Origin: a virus
Taxonomy: Duplodnaviria; Caudoviricetes
IMG/VR virus record: IMGVR_UViG_3300020045_011984
Location: 1 to 35,375 of that record
DNA length: 35,375 nt
Strand: one strand, 5' to 3'
Position 1 is the stretch's first letter; every line of letters starts with the position of its first letter. The notes under the pieces were generated by a model, which was given only the letters and a program-made list of their open reading frames with translations, did no database searches and was not told the origin of the DNA. This document shows positions 23,981-34,689 of the stretch, in pieces. Both the position numbers and the translations under genes were made by a program.

Positions 23981-26900
23981 ATGGAAGATTTAGAGTTAGA
24001 CGTTAATTTCATGATTAACAATCCACAGATGAAGGCTCAGGCTAATCAGGCTAAAGCTGAAATTTTGGGGATTGCTAATACTGCTGAGGTGGCAGGCAAA
24101 AGGATTAGCGAAAGTTTGAGTCCGAAATTGACGGGAAAAGGTATTATTGACGACTTGAAAGCAAAGCTTGAAGAAGCTAGGAAGGTTGCAAGCAGTGCAG
24201 CGAATGAGACTACAATTGAGATTGCTAACGATAAGATTCAGCAGTATGAGAAGGAGCTTAAACGGCTTTCGGTAATCGGTCGTCAGGGTTTTGATGATTT
24301 GGGCAATGCGATAGCTGAGGGTGTTGAAAAACCTATTGGACGCTTGCAGAGATTGCAAAAGTTAGCTCAAATATATAGCAATGGTTCTGCAACGACTAAC
24401 AATTCTGAATTACTAGAAAAGTATAATAGAAAGCTTCAGGAAACGCAAGTTTTGATTAATCAAACTCAAAATGTTGGTAAAGTTGGGTTTGATAAAATGG
24501 GAAATGCCATACAAAATAATGGCAATATCGTTTCAAAACTTTGGGCTGGATTATACAAGGTTGCTAATATTCTTCCTGGGCTTGGTGTTGCTGGTTTGTT
24601 AGCTTTTGGTTTAGACCCTTTGATTGCCTATTTGTCTAAGCTTGATATGTTTAAGAAGAAAGTTGACGAAGCTCAACTTTCAGCAAATGGTTTTACAAAA
24701 AGTTTAGAAGGTGGTGGAGAATACGCAAAAGCGGTAAGTAATGTAACTAAACTAAATGTTACGATTGAACTTGCAAGAAAAGGACTTTATGACCAAAAGG
24801 CTGTAGTTGATTTATATAATGAAAGTATTGGCAAGACAGCAGGAGCGGTTAAAAATTTGGATGAAGTAGAGAAAGGAATGGCAGATAATGCAAAGAATTA
24901 TGTGCAAATGACACTCTATAAGGCGGCTGCTGAAAATGTATTAGAAGAAGCTGGTAGAAAAGCGGCTGAAGCTGCTAAGGAAAGAAATAAAAGTGATGCT
25001 GAGTCTGTACCTTTTATACTATCTAATACAAAAGGATTGAGCGATGGTAAAGGAGGTGACTTTTATAAAAAAGCTGCTAAAAATGCTAGAGAAAGAGCGG
25101 CTTTAGCTATAGAAGCGGAGTCTAAACCTTTAGAGGCAATTGCTGAAGATTTATTTAAAAAGGCTGGTGAATTTGCTGATAAAATGGGCGGTAAGTTAGG
25201 TTTAGACAAAACGAAAACGACTAAAACCGATGCAACAATTGAAGCAGCTGCAAACCTTCAGCAAAGAGTTTTTGAGGTTAATGAAGAGTATGCACGTAAA
25301 AGCAAAACAAAGGACGAAGAGGAGCTACAAGCACTAAGAGACAAATTTGAGAAGATAGCTAAGGAGGTTGAGAAGTTTAACAGAAACCCGAAAAACAAAG
25401 TAAAAGTTGATGGTTCTGGCTTGGATGTCACGCTAGGAAAAGCGATTGAAGATTTGACTTTTCGACAAGATACTGAAAAGTTAAAGGTGAGCTTGGAAAA
25501 GCAAAAAGGGCTTTTTGCGGAGTACGAAGAGTACAAGAAAAACTTTGGTGAAAAGGCTGCGAAAGAACGATTTGCGAAGGAGCTAGATACTAACAAAACT
25601 TACTTGCAGACAGTGCAAGAGGAGTATATTAAACTCAACTCAAAACAGGCTAAAACGCTTACGGGAGCGGAAAAAGAAAGGCTTGAGTTTTTAGGAAAAT
25701 CACTTGAAACGGCTACAAAAGATAAGCGAAAAGTAGATGATGAGCAATACAAAATTGCTCTTGACGCTGCTAAGACTTATAGCGAAAAACTGCTTGAGAT
25801 TGATAAGGACTACAATATGAAAGTGAAGGCTCTGAAAGAAAACAACGGGCTGACTACTGATAGATTGAAAGTACTTGATGATGAGCGAAAAAAGGCTGTA
25901 GATAGTGCAAAGGATGAAGCTTTGCAGAAAACAGCAATCTACAAGCAACTTGCAGTCGATACGATTGAGATGACCCGCACGCAAGTGAAGGCACAAATTG
26001 AGATTTTAAAAGGTTTGCTTGAAGAATCTGATGTGCAATTGCCTAATGAATTGCGTGAGAGATTAGAGAGAGAGCTAGGTAACTTAGAGGTTGTAATGAA
26101 GCTTGGTATAGACCAAGCAAACCTTGAACAGCTAAAAGCAAGATACAAAAATCTTGTAAATGAAATTGGCTTAGTAGATGAGTTTGGACAAAGCTTATTG
26201 TCTGAAACTGAGCGAAAAAGAGTAATACAGGCATTGACTGACATTAAGCAAAGAATTAAGGCAATAGATGCAAGTGGCGATGGAAAAGTAACTTGGACAG
26301 ATAAGATTACAAAGGCTTTTGAATACTTGCAAGGAAGTACCGAGGAAGTAGCAAAAGGCTTGCAAAATGATTTAGGAAGGCTTGGAAGTACATTTGGTGG
26401 GCTTGCAAATGAAGTAGGGCAGTATAATTCTGAATTAGCAAATAGTTTAAATAGCTTATCGCAGTTAGTTAATGTTGGTGCTTCGGCTGCTCAGTCGGTA
26501 GCAGGGTTTGCTAGTGGAGATATTATAAGTGGAGTTAGTGGTGCTATTGGTGCTATTGGTGGAATTATAACGATGGTAAGTAACCTAAACCAAAAGTATG
26601 ACCAGTTTTATAAAAATATTATTGAAGGAGAAAGGAAGTATCAAGAAGCTCTTTTAGCAAGACAATTATTAGAAGCACAGACAAATCCTATTAAGTACAA
26701 AGCTTTAGCAAGCGAATTTAATTTACTTACTAAGGAAGTTAAGGCGTATAATGAAGAATATGCAAAGATTTTTAACGATTTGCAATTTCAAAGTTATGTT
26801 GACTATGTAGTAAAAGAAAAAGCCTTCTGGATTACAATTAGTAATCAGGAGATTATGGCGTCTCTTAAAGGGAAAACTTTTGAGGATTTAAAAAAGCTAT

Positions 26901-27625
26901 TAGCTGAAGATAGATTAAGGGGTGCAACAAAGGAAATGGTTGAAAGATTGGTTGAGCTAGAGCAAAAGGGTTATGATGCACAAAAAGCCCTTAATGATTT
27001 AGCAAAACAGATGGCTGAGCTATTTACTGGTACTACTTCAGACGCATTGACAGATAGCCTTTTGCAAATGTTTCGTGAAGGAAAAACAGGAGTGCAGGAT
27101 TTAGCTGATTTCTTTGAGCAAACAATGAAAGATGCTGCACTTTCAATGTTTAAAAACAAAGTACTTGCTGAAGCAATGGAAAAGTTTTATGAGGAGTTTT
27201 CAAAATCTACTGAAGGCGGGAACTTAGACCAGTCGAAAATAGCAAACCTAAAATTGCTTTTTGATAGCTTGGTACAAGGTGCGAATACTCAATTTCAAGC
27301 GATTCAGCAAATAACGGGATTGAACTTAGTGAATGGAACTGCAACCGCTGGAAATACCTCAACGGGATTGACGGGACAAATTCAGCGAAGTATTACGGAG
27401 GCTACAGGTAGCGAGTTGGCGGGATTATTCAGGAGCTTTTACGACATTTCAAAAAAGACTTTTTCGGTAGAAAGTGAAGGGTTATCCGTGATGCGTCAAC
27501 AGGCAAATTCATTGATGGCTATAGAGCAGAATACTGCTAATACCGTTACAGAGGTGAAAAATGCGGTGGTAGAGTTAAGGAAGATTCGTGCAAATTCAGA
27601 CATTAGCTACGATAGGGGATGGTGA
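23981..27625 (+). CDS. tail tape measure protein
   Basis: ~1214 aa, alpha-helical A/K/E-rich, hydrophobic Gly-rich segments, C-terminal ITEATGSELAG...IEQNT; ATG 23981 preferred. Confidence 0.92.
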   Translation: MEDLELDVNFMINNPQMKAQANQAKAEILGIANTAEVAGKRISESLSPKLTGKGIIDDLKAKLEEARKVASSAANETTIEIANDKIQQYEKELKRLSVIGRQGFDDLGNAIAEGVEKPIGRLQRLQKLAQIYSNGSATTNNSELLEKYNRKLQETQVLINQTQNVGKVGFDKMGNAIQNNGNIVSKLWAGLYKVANILPGLGVAGLLAFGLDPLIAYLSKLDMFKKKVDEAQLSANGFTKSLEGGGEYAKAVSNVTKLNVTIELARKGLYDQKAVVDLYNESIGKTAGAVKNLDEVEKGMADNAKNYVQMTLYKAAAENVLEEAGRKAAEAAKERNKSDAESVPFILSNTKGLSDGKGGDFYKKAAKNARERAALAIEAESKPLEAIAEDLFKKAGEFADKMGGKLGLDKTKTTKTDATIEAAANLQQRVFEVNEEYARKSKTKDEEELQALRDKFEKIAKEVEKFNRNPKNKVKVDGSGLDVTLGKAIEDLTFRQDTEKLKVSLEKQKGLFAEYEEYKKNFGEKAAKERFAKELDTNKTYLQTVQEEYIKLNSKQAKTLTGAEKERLEFLGKSLETATKDKRKVDDEQYKIALDAAKTYSEKLLEIDKDYNMKVKALKENNGLTTDRLKVLDDERKKAVDSAKDEALQKTAIYKQLAVDTIEMTRTQVKAQIEILKGLLEESDVQLPNELRERLERELGNLEVVMKLGIDQANLEQLKARYKNLVNEIGLVDEFGQSLLSETERKRVIQALTDIKQRIKAIDASGDGKVTWTDKITKAFEYLQGSTEEVAKGLQNDLGRLGSTFGGLANEVGQYNSELANSLNSLSQLVNVGASAAQSVAGFASGDIISGVSGAIGAIGGIITMVSNLNQKYDQFYKNIIEGERKYQEALLARQLLEAQTNPIKYKALASEFNLLTKEVKAYNEEYAKIFNDLQFQSYVDYVVKEKAFWITISNQEIMASLKGKTFEDLKKLLAEDRLRGATKEMVERLVELEQKGYDAQKALNDLAKQMAELFTGTTSDALTDSLLQMFREGKTGVQDLADFFEQTMKDAALSMFKNKVLAEAMEKFYEEFSKSTEGGNLDQSKIANLKLLFDSLVQGANTQFQAIQQITGLNLVNGTATAGNTSTGLTGQIQRSITEATGSELAGLFRSFYDISKKTFSVESEGLSVMRQQANSLMAIEQNTANTVTEVKNAVVELRKIRANSDISYDRGW

Positions 27626-28611
27626 CGATTGGCGGAGTGGATTTGGCGGAATATGGTATTACGCCCATTCAAAATGGCAATGGTAATATTGCTTTTATGG
27701 GGCTGTTTGATATGCCTGCGAGAATCGGGAAGACATTTCACGACTGGCAGGATGAAAACGGAATAGAACCTTATGTAAGGGCTGATGAAATACGTTACGG
27801 TGGGCGTGATATAGTGCTGAATGCTTTGTTGGTACAGGAGTACGAAAATCAGGCACTCAGGAAATTGGAAGCTTTTTATATTGCGATTCAGGGATTTACG
27901 GATTTGGTGGATTTGGTAACGGATTACGGGACGTATGAAGTGTATCTGAAAGATGAAATCAAAGGGGAGTATTTCCCGCAAGGCATTGTTAAGCTTCAGT
28001 TAAGTTTTAGGCAACCTATTGTGCCGATTACGGGAACGATTCCCGCTACGGACAATACGACTTACGGGATTGATGGTATAAGTTTTCAGGCTTTGGGACT
28101 TACTATAATGGATGTAGAAGGAAGGCATAATTTGCCAGCTCCGAAAGCTCAATTGTTTACTGCTTATGCTACTGAAGGTTATCAGATTACAAAGCGGAAT
28201 TATAGAGAATTGATTTTGAAATGTGTGCTACAGGATAGCAGTTTAAATGGCTTTCAAACACGTATTGATTCGCTTTTAAAGCTGTTTTCAAAAGAAGGAC
28301 TAAGAACAATTACTTATCGTTCGGATGCACTTAGGACTTTCTTTGTAAAAGATGGTTTTCAGGTTTCTGAGGTGTATGAATTGGATGGGAAGGTGTTTGG
28401 AGTGGTAAATATTCGGTGCGTACAGGTGGGGCGTGAATTGGATTGGAATTTCTTGACTACACATACAGGCGAGCCGATTTTGACGCATACAGGAGCGTAC
28501 ATCTATTTAGATAGTGTGCAAAACAATAGAGATTTTAATTATTTAACTAATAACAATAATCAATTTTTGACTACTTCAAATGGGTTGAGAATTAGAGCAA
28601 ACGACTTGTAA
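27619..28611 (+). CDS. distal tail (Dit-like) protein, duplicated domain
   Basis: Directly after TMP; two similar halves (IGGVDLAEYG / IDGISFQALG; R.I.L); HDW.DENG.E motif. Confidence 0.75.
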   Translation: MVTIGGVDLAEYGITPIQNGNGNIAFMGLFDMPARIGKTFHDWQDENGIEPYVRADEIRYGGRDIVLNALLVQEYENQALRKLEAFYIAIQGFTDLVDLVTDYGTYEVYLKDEIKGEYFPQGIVKLQLSFRQPIVPITGTIPATDNTTYGIDGISFQALGLTIMDVEGRHNLPAPKAQLFTAYATEGYQITKRNYRELILKCVLQDSSLNGFQTRIDSLLKLFSKEGLRTITYRSDALRTFFVKDGFQVSEVYELDGKVFGVVNIRCVQVGRELDWNFLTTHTGEPILTHTGAYIYLDSVQNNRDFNYLTNNNNQFLTTSNGLRIRANDL

Positions 28612-28612
28612 A

Positions 28613-30796
28613 ATGGCTAGATTTTGGGAAGATTTGGGTAAGATTAATGTTGTTTCAATGTTTGAAAAGATGCTAATGGGCAAAAGTTCTGACGGAGTGA
28701 CGATGTATTGCGATGTTCAACAATTGTACGATACGATTAGTACAAAAAACTTTCAGGATGTTAAGCCTTCAGTTGTAAGTAGTGGTACAAATTTGGGGAC
28801 TCCTAGTAAGTTGACTGCACACGTTGTAAGTGCGGGAACTTATATTACACCTGCTGGTAACGTAACTGTCATGGGTAATATAAATTTCTTTTTTTGGGAT
28901 TTGTCAAGCTGGACATATATTCAGTTTGATGTTGCTGTTAAGGATAATACAGTAACGAGTGCAAAAATTGTAGATGGTTCTGTTAATACTGTAAAGTTGG
29001 CGGATGCTAGTGTAAGTACTGGTAAGATTGTGGATTTGTCTGTAAGCTCTGCTAAGATTGCTGATGGTGCGATTTTGGAGATTAAGCTTGCCAATGGAGC
29101 TGTAACAACAGTCAAATTGGCGGATGGTGCTGTTAGTACTTCTAAGATTATTGATTTAGCGGTAACAGGTGCAAAAGTGGCTTTGGATGCTATTACTACA
29201 AGCAAGATTTTAGACTTGGCAGTAACAGCGGCTAAAATTGCCTCAAATGCAGTTGTAGAGAGTAAGTTGGCTGATTATGCTGTTACGGCAATTAAAATTG
29301 CTACGGGTGCTGTTACAAATGCTAAGCTTGCAGATGATAGTATTAGTACTCCAAAAATACAAGATAATGCAGTTACTCCCCTAAAAACAACGATGTTTGG
29401 CAAAAGCAACAATCCAGATTATGCTTTGCCGATTGTAGATGCTTTAAATAAGCTTTTAGGGTATTTTGATGAAAAAGGTAATTTACATTTTAATGTAAAG
29501 TTGCAAAAGGATAACATTGATGAAGCTATGATGATAAAAGATTCGACAATTACACTAGAAAAGCTTTCTGCACAAATACAAGAACTTCTTAATATATTGT
29601 CTGTTTTTTCGCCTCTCTCAAAAAATGAAAGTGATGCTGGATTTTTAATTTTAGATTCACTTAGGAAAATTTTAGTAGAATTGACTGAAACAGGACACCT
29701 AAAGGCTCTTTTTGATTATTCAATGTCAAAAATCAACCGAAATGACTTCGACAATGAAACAAAATTAGGGGTATTTTTAGCAGATGATTTTGACCCCGAA
29801 TTTGATGAGTATTTCTTTTATATTGCAGCAGGAAGAAAAGTGTTACTTGGTTTTCGACCAGATGGCACTACAACAACATTAGACACAAAGACAAGTAGTA
29901 TCGGGTTAAAAGAACTTCAACAAGAAGTTAAACTTCTTGTTGGCAATAACGTAATTGAGTGTGATGGAGATAGTCTAACCAGAGGAGGACAAACAGGTAC
30001 AGTTAGATATCCTAATATATTACAGACACTTATGCCTGAATATGAAGTTGTTAACAAAGGTGTAGGAGGAGAGGATGTACCAACTATATCAGCAAGAATT
30101 GGTGGGATTCCTGCAATAATTACAGAAGCTTTTACTCTCCCTGCTGATACTTCTACAGTAGAAATAAGTAGCTTGTCTAACATTAGATTAAAAAATACAC
30201 TAGGCGTACCTGTTAACCTTCTTAGACAAACGCCAGCTGATGACATTGTGAATCCTTGTTACATAGAGGGAGTAGAATGTACATTAACCTATACATCAAG
30301 TACTTATTATATAAGACGAAATGCACCTTCTACAAGTATAAAATTAATTAGAGCAAATTCTTTCCTATACCTAAGAGGGAACAGGGAATACAGGGATTCA
30401 GCTATCAAAATAATCTGGATGGGTCAAAACGGAGGTTTTGATAATGACCCAGATTTGTTTGTAAAATATGTTGATGCCTGTATCAATTATCACAGAAAAA
30501 GTAATTTTATTATAATCGGTTTACACACAAACACCCCTGTTTATAGAAGTGCATTGGAAGCAAAGTGTGTGGAAAAATATGGTAACAAGTACATTAATAT
30601 GAGAGAATATTCTTCTGGTAACATGATGTACGACTTAGGATTAACGCCTACTTCGGAAGATTTGATATATATGGAAAATGGATTATTTCCTCCAAGTTTG
30701 TGGGCAAGCCCAACAGACAGCACGCACGGAAACAATTACTTCTATACAGGGGTAGCGTATAAAGCAAAAGAAATAATAAATCAATTAGGGTACTAA
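28613..30796 (+). CDS. tail fibre / receptor-binding protein with C-terminal SGNH (GDSL) esterase
   Basis: 14 decapeptide repeats V(T/S)xxK(I/L)xDxA; SGNH blocks GDSLT, NKGVGG, WMGQN, DSTH. Confidence 0.85.
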   Translation: MARFWEDLGKINVVSMFEKMLMGKSSDGVTMYCDVQQLYDTISTKNFQDVKPSVVSSGTNLGTPSKLTAHVVSAGTYITPAGNVTVMGNINFFFWDLSSWTYIQFDVAVKDNTVTSAKIVDGSVNTVKLADASVSTGKIVDLSVSSAKIADGAILEIKLANGAVTTVKLADGAVSTSKIIDLAVTGAKVALDAITTSKILDLAVTAAKIASNAVVESKLADYAVTAIKIATGAVTNAKLADDSISTPKIQDNAVTPLKTTMFGKSNNPDYALPIVDALNKLLGYFDEKGNLHFNVKLQKDNIDEAMMIKDSTITLEKLSAQIQELLNILSVFSPLSKNESDAGFLILDSLRKILVELTETGHLKALFDYSMSKINRNDFDNETKLGVFLADDFDPEFDEYFFYIAAGRKVLLGFRPDGTTTTLDTKTSSIGLKELQQEVKLLVGNNVIECDGDSLTRGGQTGTVRYPNILQTLMPEYEVVNKGVGGEDVPTISARIGGIPAIITEAFTLPADTSTVEISSLSNIRLKNTLGVPVNLLRQTPADDIVNPCYIEGVECTLTYTSSTYYIRRNAPSTSIKLIRANSFLYLRGNREYRDSAIKIIWMGQNGGFDNDPDLFVKYVDACINYHRKSNFIIIGLHTNTPVYRSALEAKCVEKYGNKYINMREYSSGNMMYDLGLTPTSEDLIYMENGLFPPSLWASPTDSTHGNNYFYTGVAYKAKEIINQLGY
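28952..29389 (+). repeat. 30-bp (10-aa) degenerate coding tandem repeat, ~14.5 units
   Basis: VTSAKIVDGS VNTVKLADAS VSTGKIVDLS ... ISTPKIQDNA VTPLKT. Confidence 0.9.
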
Positions 30797-30809
30797 AACA
30801 ATAAAAAAA

Positions 30810-31670
30810 ATGTCAGAAATCACAGAAACACTGAAAATGATATTACCTTTTGAGGTAAATGACCCAGAGGGTAAATTTAAAACACTAAGAGATGATAAAA
30901 GATTAACATCAGGTAGCCTAATGTTAGTCGATTTTTCGCATAAATTTTATAGTACAAGTACTATTCCAGCAAATGGTAGTACGATAAAAAACATTGCTTA
31001 TTATGAAGCAATGCAATTGTTATCCGCAACGGAAGCACAAATTTCGCCGACAATTGTTAATACAATTACAGACCCAACTAAAGGGTTAATGGAATTTACA
31101 AACAAAAAAGGACTTCATGGAATTATTAGCCAAGTAAATGATTTGCAATCTGGAAACGATTTTCAGATTAATATACCTGTAGCAATTAAAAATCACATTT
31201 TTAATAACCCTTCTAGGGGTTATTATGTATCGGTGTGGACTAATAGAACAAGATTACAATTGCAAGCTACTTCTGCAAATATGTGTTTGCTCCTTTCTAA
31301 TGCTACAAATTATATGTGTAGTTTTGAAGCAAGCGTAAACAAGGGAACGCAATTAGGTAGTCTCTTTGGCGGTAATTCTTTAGGGGTAAAAAGAAGTTCT
31401 TTAGCTTTTAATGCTAAGACAGGAAATCCACTAAATGACGGGAACGCTGGAAGTGGGTTTAAATTTGGTAGCGGATATGCTTATGCAAGTTTAGAAGTTA
31501 ACAAGGCTGCATCGGACGTTCTGTATGCTTTTCATGTTGTGGATTTAACATCTGCAAATTTAACATACGAAGAAATGGAGACGCTTGACTTAAAATATCA
31601 CACCGCTGCTTTTTCCGAGGGAGGTAGATTCTATAATGATACATTTACAAGCCCTTCTACACTACCTTAA
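30810..31670 (+). CDS. hypothetical beta-rich protein partnering the fibre (possible lectin-like fold)
   Basis: 286 aa, same A-rich composition as the SGNH region; TAATG coupling to the next gene. Confidence 0.6.
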   Translation: MSEITETLKMILPFEVNDPEGKFKTLRDDKRLTSGSLMLVDFSHKFYSTSTIPANGSTIKNIAYYEAMQLLSATEAQISPTIVNTITDPTKGLMEFTNKKGLHGIISQVNDLQSGNDFQINIPVAIKNHIFNNPSRGYYVSVWTNRTRLQLQATSANMCLLLSNATNYMCSFEASVNKGTQLGSLFGGNSLGVKRSSLAFNAKTGNPLNDGNAGSGFKFGSGYAYASLEVNKAASDVLYAFHVVDLTSANLTYEEMETLDLKYHTAAFSEGGRFYNDTFTSPSTLP

Positions 31671-34627
31671 TGCAAATGCAAATTAAAAGAGGCTCGTCGG
31701 TTCAATATAGTGTTGAAATCGACGAGCAAACTGTTTTTTCGCAAACTTTGATGGGTGAGGAAAAGATAGTTTTGAGCTTTGTTTCGCCTCAATCCCTTGC
31801 CTTACAGGTAGGGGATTATATTTTGCATAATTCAAAACAATACAAAATTGTAGGGGAAACTTACAAACAGCAAATAGGAGCTAGTTTGTACCGATATGAA
31901 GCGGAGTTTTTTGGTGAAATTTATTTGCTTTATGATAGCCTTGTTAAGCATTTGGGAAGAACTCAATTCAGCTATTTTGGCACACCTGCGGAGATGCTTT
32001 CTTTGTTGGTTAGTTCTTTAGGCTCAGGTTGGTATGTAGGCGGAGCGGTTAGTTTAGAGCCTGTTTCGTTTGAATTTAAGGATATTTCGGTAAGAGTTGC
32101 TTTGTCGGAAATAGCAGAAAAGTTTCAGCTAGAGTACTTTGTTGATAATCGTAATATTTATTTAGTTCAGCAGGCTGGCTCAACGAAAAGTTTGTCACTT
32201 GGTTACGGAAAGGGTCAGGGAGCTTACGATATTACACGACAATCAACTAATTCAAACTTTGCGACAGTCTGGTATTGCTACGGTGGTAATAAGAATTTGC
32301 CTGCTGGCTATCGTGAAGGTTTAGATAGGCTTTCACTTAATGCCCCACTCGAATACAATACAAGTCTTTATGGTCGAAAAGAAGGCGTTATTGAGATAGA
32401 TTATATCTATCCGAAACGTACTTCAACTATTACTTCTGTAGTGTCGGAATTAATAGTAGTAGATAGCACTTTGGACTTCGATTTGAACGCTCAGGAGATT
32501 ACGGACAGTCAGGCAAAAATTGTCTTTCAGTCTGGAGAGCTGAACGGTGGTGAGTATTTTATTACGAAATATGATAGTGCGACTAAGCAAATAACATTCG
32601 GAAAAAATAAAGATGAAAATGGCTATGAAATGCCTAATTCAACTTTTCAAGTCAATGTAGGTGATAGATATACTTTTGTGGGTATTACGATGCCGAATAG
32701 TTATATCGTAGCAGCAGAGGCGGAACTAGCTGAAACGTGTGCGGATTATGCAGAGAAGAATAGTCAACCGCAATTCCGTGTTGCGGTGAATGTGGATGAA
32801 AAGTATATCCGTGAAGGGAATTACGAGTATGAGATACAGGCAGGTGATGCTATTACGATAGATGCACCTTCTTTGAATTTTGAAGGGCTGATAAGAGTAC
32901 AAAGTATTAGCTATCCGCTTGTTAATCCTTGTAAGATTTCGTTAGGGCTTTCTAATGTGATTATGTACTCTGTAGGCGAGCAAACTGTAAAGGAGGTGAA
33001 AGCTTCGCAAAAGAATATTGTTAAGCTCACGAGGGGATATAATGCTGTGAAAGCTCGCATGGGTTGGAAAACAACACAGGAATTACTCAATTTGGTTTTT
33101 GATACGGATGGCTTCTTCGACATGGGGAAAATTCGCCCGCTTTCAGTAGAGACAAGTATGCTTGTCGTTGGTGTGAAATCTCAGCAATTTATACTTCAAG
33201 TTGTAATAGAGCCTAATTATTTAGGTAATGCAAATGTAGTCAAAGTTAATAGCGGTGTATTAGTACATTATTTAATCGAAGAAACTATCAAAACATGGCA
33301 GATAGCAGGGCAAACGGTGACGATACCTGATAATGCTGCACGCTATATTTATGCTAAATGTAATCGTGCGGACTATGATGATGCTGAGTTGTTGTTTTCA
33401 ACTGAGCAGTATAAGGTAGATGATAGCCCAACTTACTATTATTTTTTAGTTGGGGTTTTGCATTCGGTGTTGGAGGGAGTTCGTTGGATAAGTTTGACTT
33501 ATGGAGCTACAGCCATTAATGGTCGTTTTATTAAGACGGGGCGGATACAGAACTTTGCTGGTGATACATATTTCGATTTGGATTTAGGCGAAATAGCGGG
33601 AAAGATTAAGTTCGTTAACTCAAACGATGAATATGAAGATTTAGCGGATTTGGCGGATAAGTCTGTACAGCATTTTGTTAGTACTACCCTTCCTGTACCA
33701 CCTTACAAGCTCAAAGATATATGGTCAAATGGAAGTTTTTTGTATCGTTGTGTTCAGGCTAGGGTTTTGGATGAAGAGCCTGAAACAACGGACTGGGAGG
33801 ATGCTACTGAGTATGATAATACCCAAACGGTTATAGATGGCGGTTTGGTGACATCTGGAACTATTCAAGTCGCTGGGGATGATACTAATATCAAAGCAGG
33901 GATGACAGGCGTGGGAGTTGATGATACAAGCGTAAGGTATTGGGCTGGTGATACGTTTTTGAATAGAGCTATAGCGAAATGGCGGGTTTTGCAGAGTGGT
34001 GTAATGTATGCGGCTGATGCTATTATTAGCGGTACAATTTTCGCCGATGCAGGTAGGTTTGGTGTACTTAGTATTTTGGGTAATAGTTTGATTAATAATT
34101 TTACTTCATTAGCTCAGATTGTGCTAAGAAATGACCCTGAAGGGCAGTTTAGTGCGTTTGGTACTAACGTAAAAAGCGGCACTTTACCACACAGAGCTAA
34201 TATGATTTTAGAGCAAACTGGCACAAACGAATTAGGTGAGAATATCTGTTTAGAGTTGAGTGCGTCGGGCAGTATAATAGGTAATAGAGCCTTAGATGTC
34301 AAGGCTGGTTATGCTAGAATTAAGGAGGCGTTGCTTAATGGGAGAAAGAGTATAGAAGCTACACTCAATAATCAAAATTTGGCTGTAGATGTATCAAAAT
34401 ACGATATGATTTGCATAGAGTCAATAGGTGCGGATGATAGTGGTGTGAACTTTACAGGAACGGTTTATGCAGGCAAAGAGGTGGCTGTAATAAACCTCAA
34501 TATGGGCAAAGCTATGTTTATTTATAGCACAATTAGGGGTTATAGTTCGGTAGAGATACCACAGGGAGGAGCGGTTACATGCAAGTACACTGGAACATAT
34601 TGGTATGTGTGCGGTCAGAATTTTTAG
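31670..34627 (+). CDS. tail hub/spike (Tal-like) host-specificity protein
   Basis: LMGE..I.L.F, L.YGKG.G.Y.I.R, YGG.KNLP..YR, IYP.RT, PVPPY...DIW motifs of phage tail-tip proteins. Confidence 0.8.
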   Translation: MQMQIKRGSSVQYSVEIDEQTVFSQTLMGEEKIVLSFVSPQSLALQVGDYILHNSKQYKIVGETYKQQIGASLYRYEAEFFGEIYLLYDSLVKHLGRTQFSYFGTPAEMLSLLVSSLGSGWYVGGAVSLEPVSFEFKDISVRVALSEIAEKFQLEYFVDNRNIYLVQQAGSTKSLSLGYGKGQGAYDITRQSTNSNFATVWYCYGGNKNLPAGYREGLDRLSLNAPLEYNTSLYGRKEGVIEIDYIYPKRTSTITSVVSELIVVDSTLDFDLNAQEITDSQAKIVFQSGELNGGEYFITKYDSATKQITFGKNKDENGYEMPNSTFQVNVGDRYTFVGITMPNSYIVAAEAELAETCADYAEKNSQPQFRVAVNVDEKYIREGNYEYEIQAGDAITIDAPSLNFEGLIRVQSISYPLVNPCKISLGLSNVIMYSVGEQTVKEVKASQKNIVKLTRGYNAVKARMGWKTTQELLNLVFDTDGFFDMGKIRPLSVETSMLVVGVKSQQFILQVVIEPNYLGNANVVKVNSGVLVHYLIEETIKTWQIAGQTVTIPDNAARYIYAKCNRADYDDAELLFSTEQYKVDDSPTYYYFLVGVLHSVLEGVRWISLTYGATAINGRFIKTGRIQNFAGDTYFDLDLGEIAGKIKFVNSNDEYEDLADLADKSVQHFVSTTLPVPPYKLKDIWSNGSFLYRCVQARVLDEEPETTDWEDATEYDNTQTVIDGGLVTSGTIQVAGDDTNIKAGMTGVGVDDTSVRYWAGDTFLNRAIAKWRVLQSGVMYAADAIISGTIFADAGRFGVLSILGNSLINNFTSLAQIVLRNDPEGQFSAFGTNVKSGTLPHRANMILEQTGTNELGENICLELSASGSIIGNRALDVKAGYARIKEALLNGRKSIEATLNNQNLAVDVSKYDMICIESIGADDSGVNFTGTVYAGKEVAVINLNMGKAMFIYSTIRGYSSVEIPQGGAVTCKYTGTYWYVCGQNF

Positions 34628-34640
34628 TTTTAATAGCATT

Positions 34641-34679
34641 TAAAGCCTAGTTAAATCGACTAGGCTTTATTGTTTTTTG
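34641..34679 (+). terminator. intrinsic terminator of the late operon
   Basis: TAAAGCCTAGT-taaatcg-ACTAGGCTTTA followed by TTGTTTTTT. Confidence 0.85.
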
Positions 34680-34689
34680 TGCGTTTTAG

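Noticed and set aside
28613-34627. Diversity-generating retroelement or Mu-type invertible tail segment
   Set aside because: No reverse transcriptase, no TR/VR pair noticed, no invertase or flanking inverted sites.
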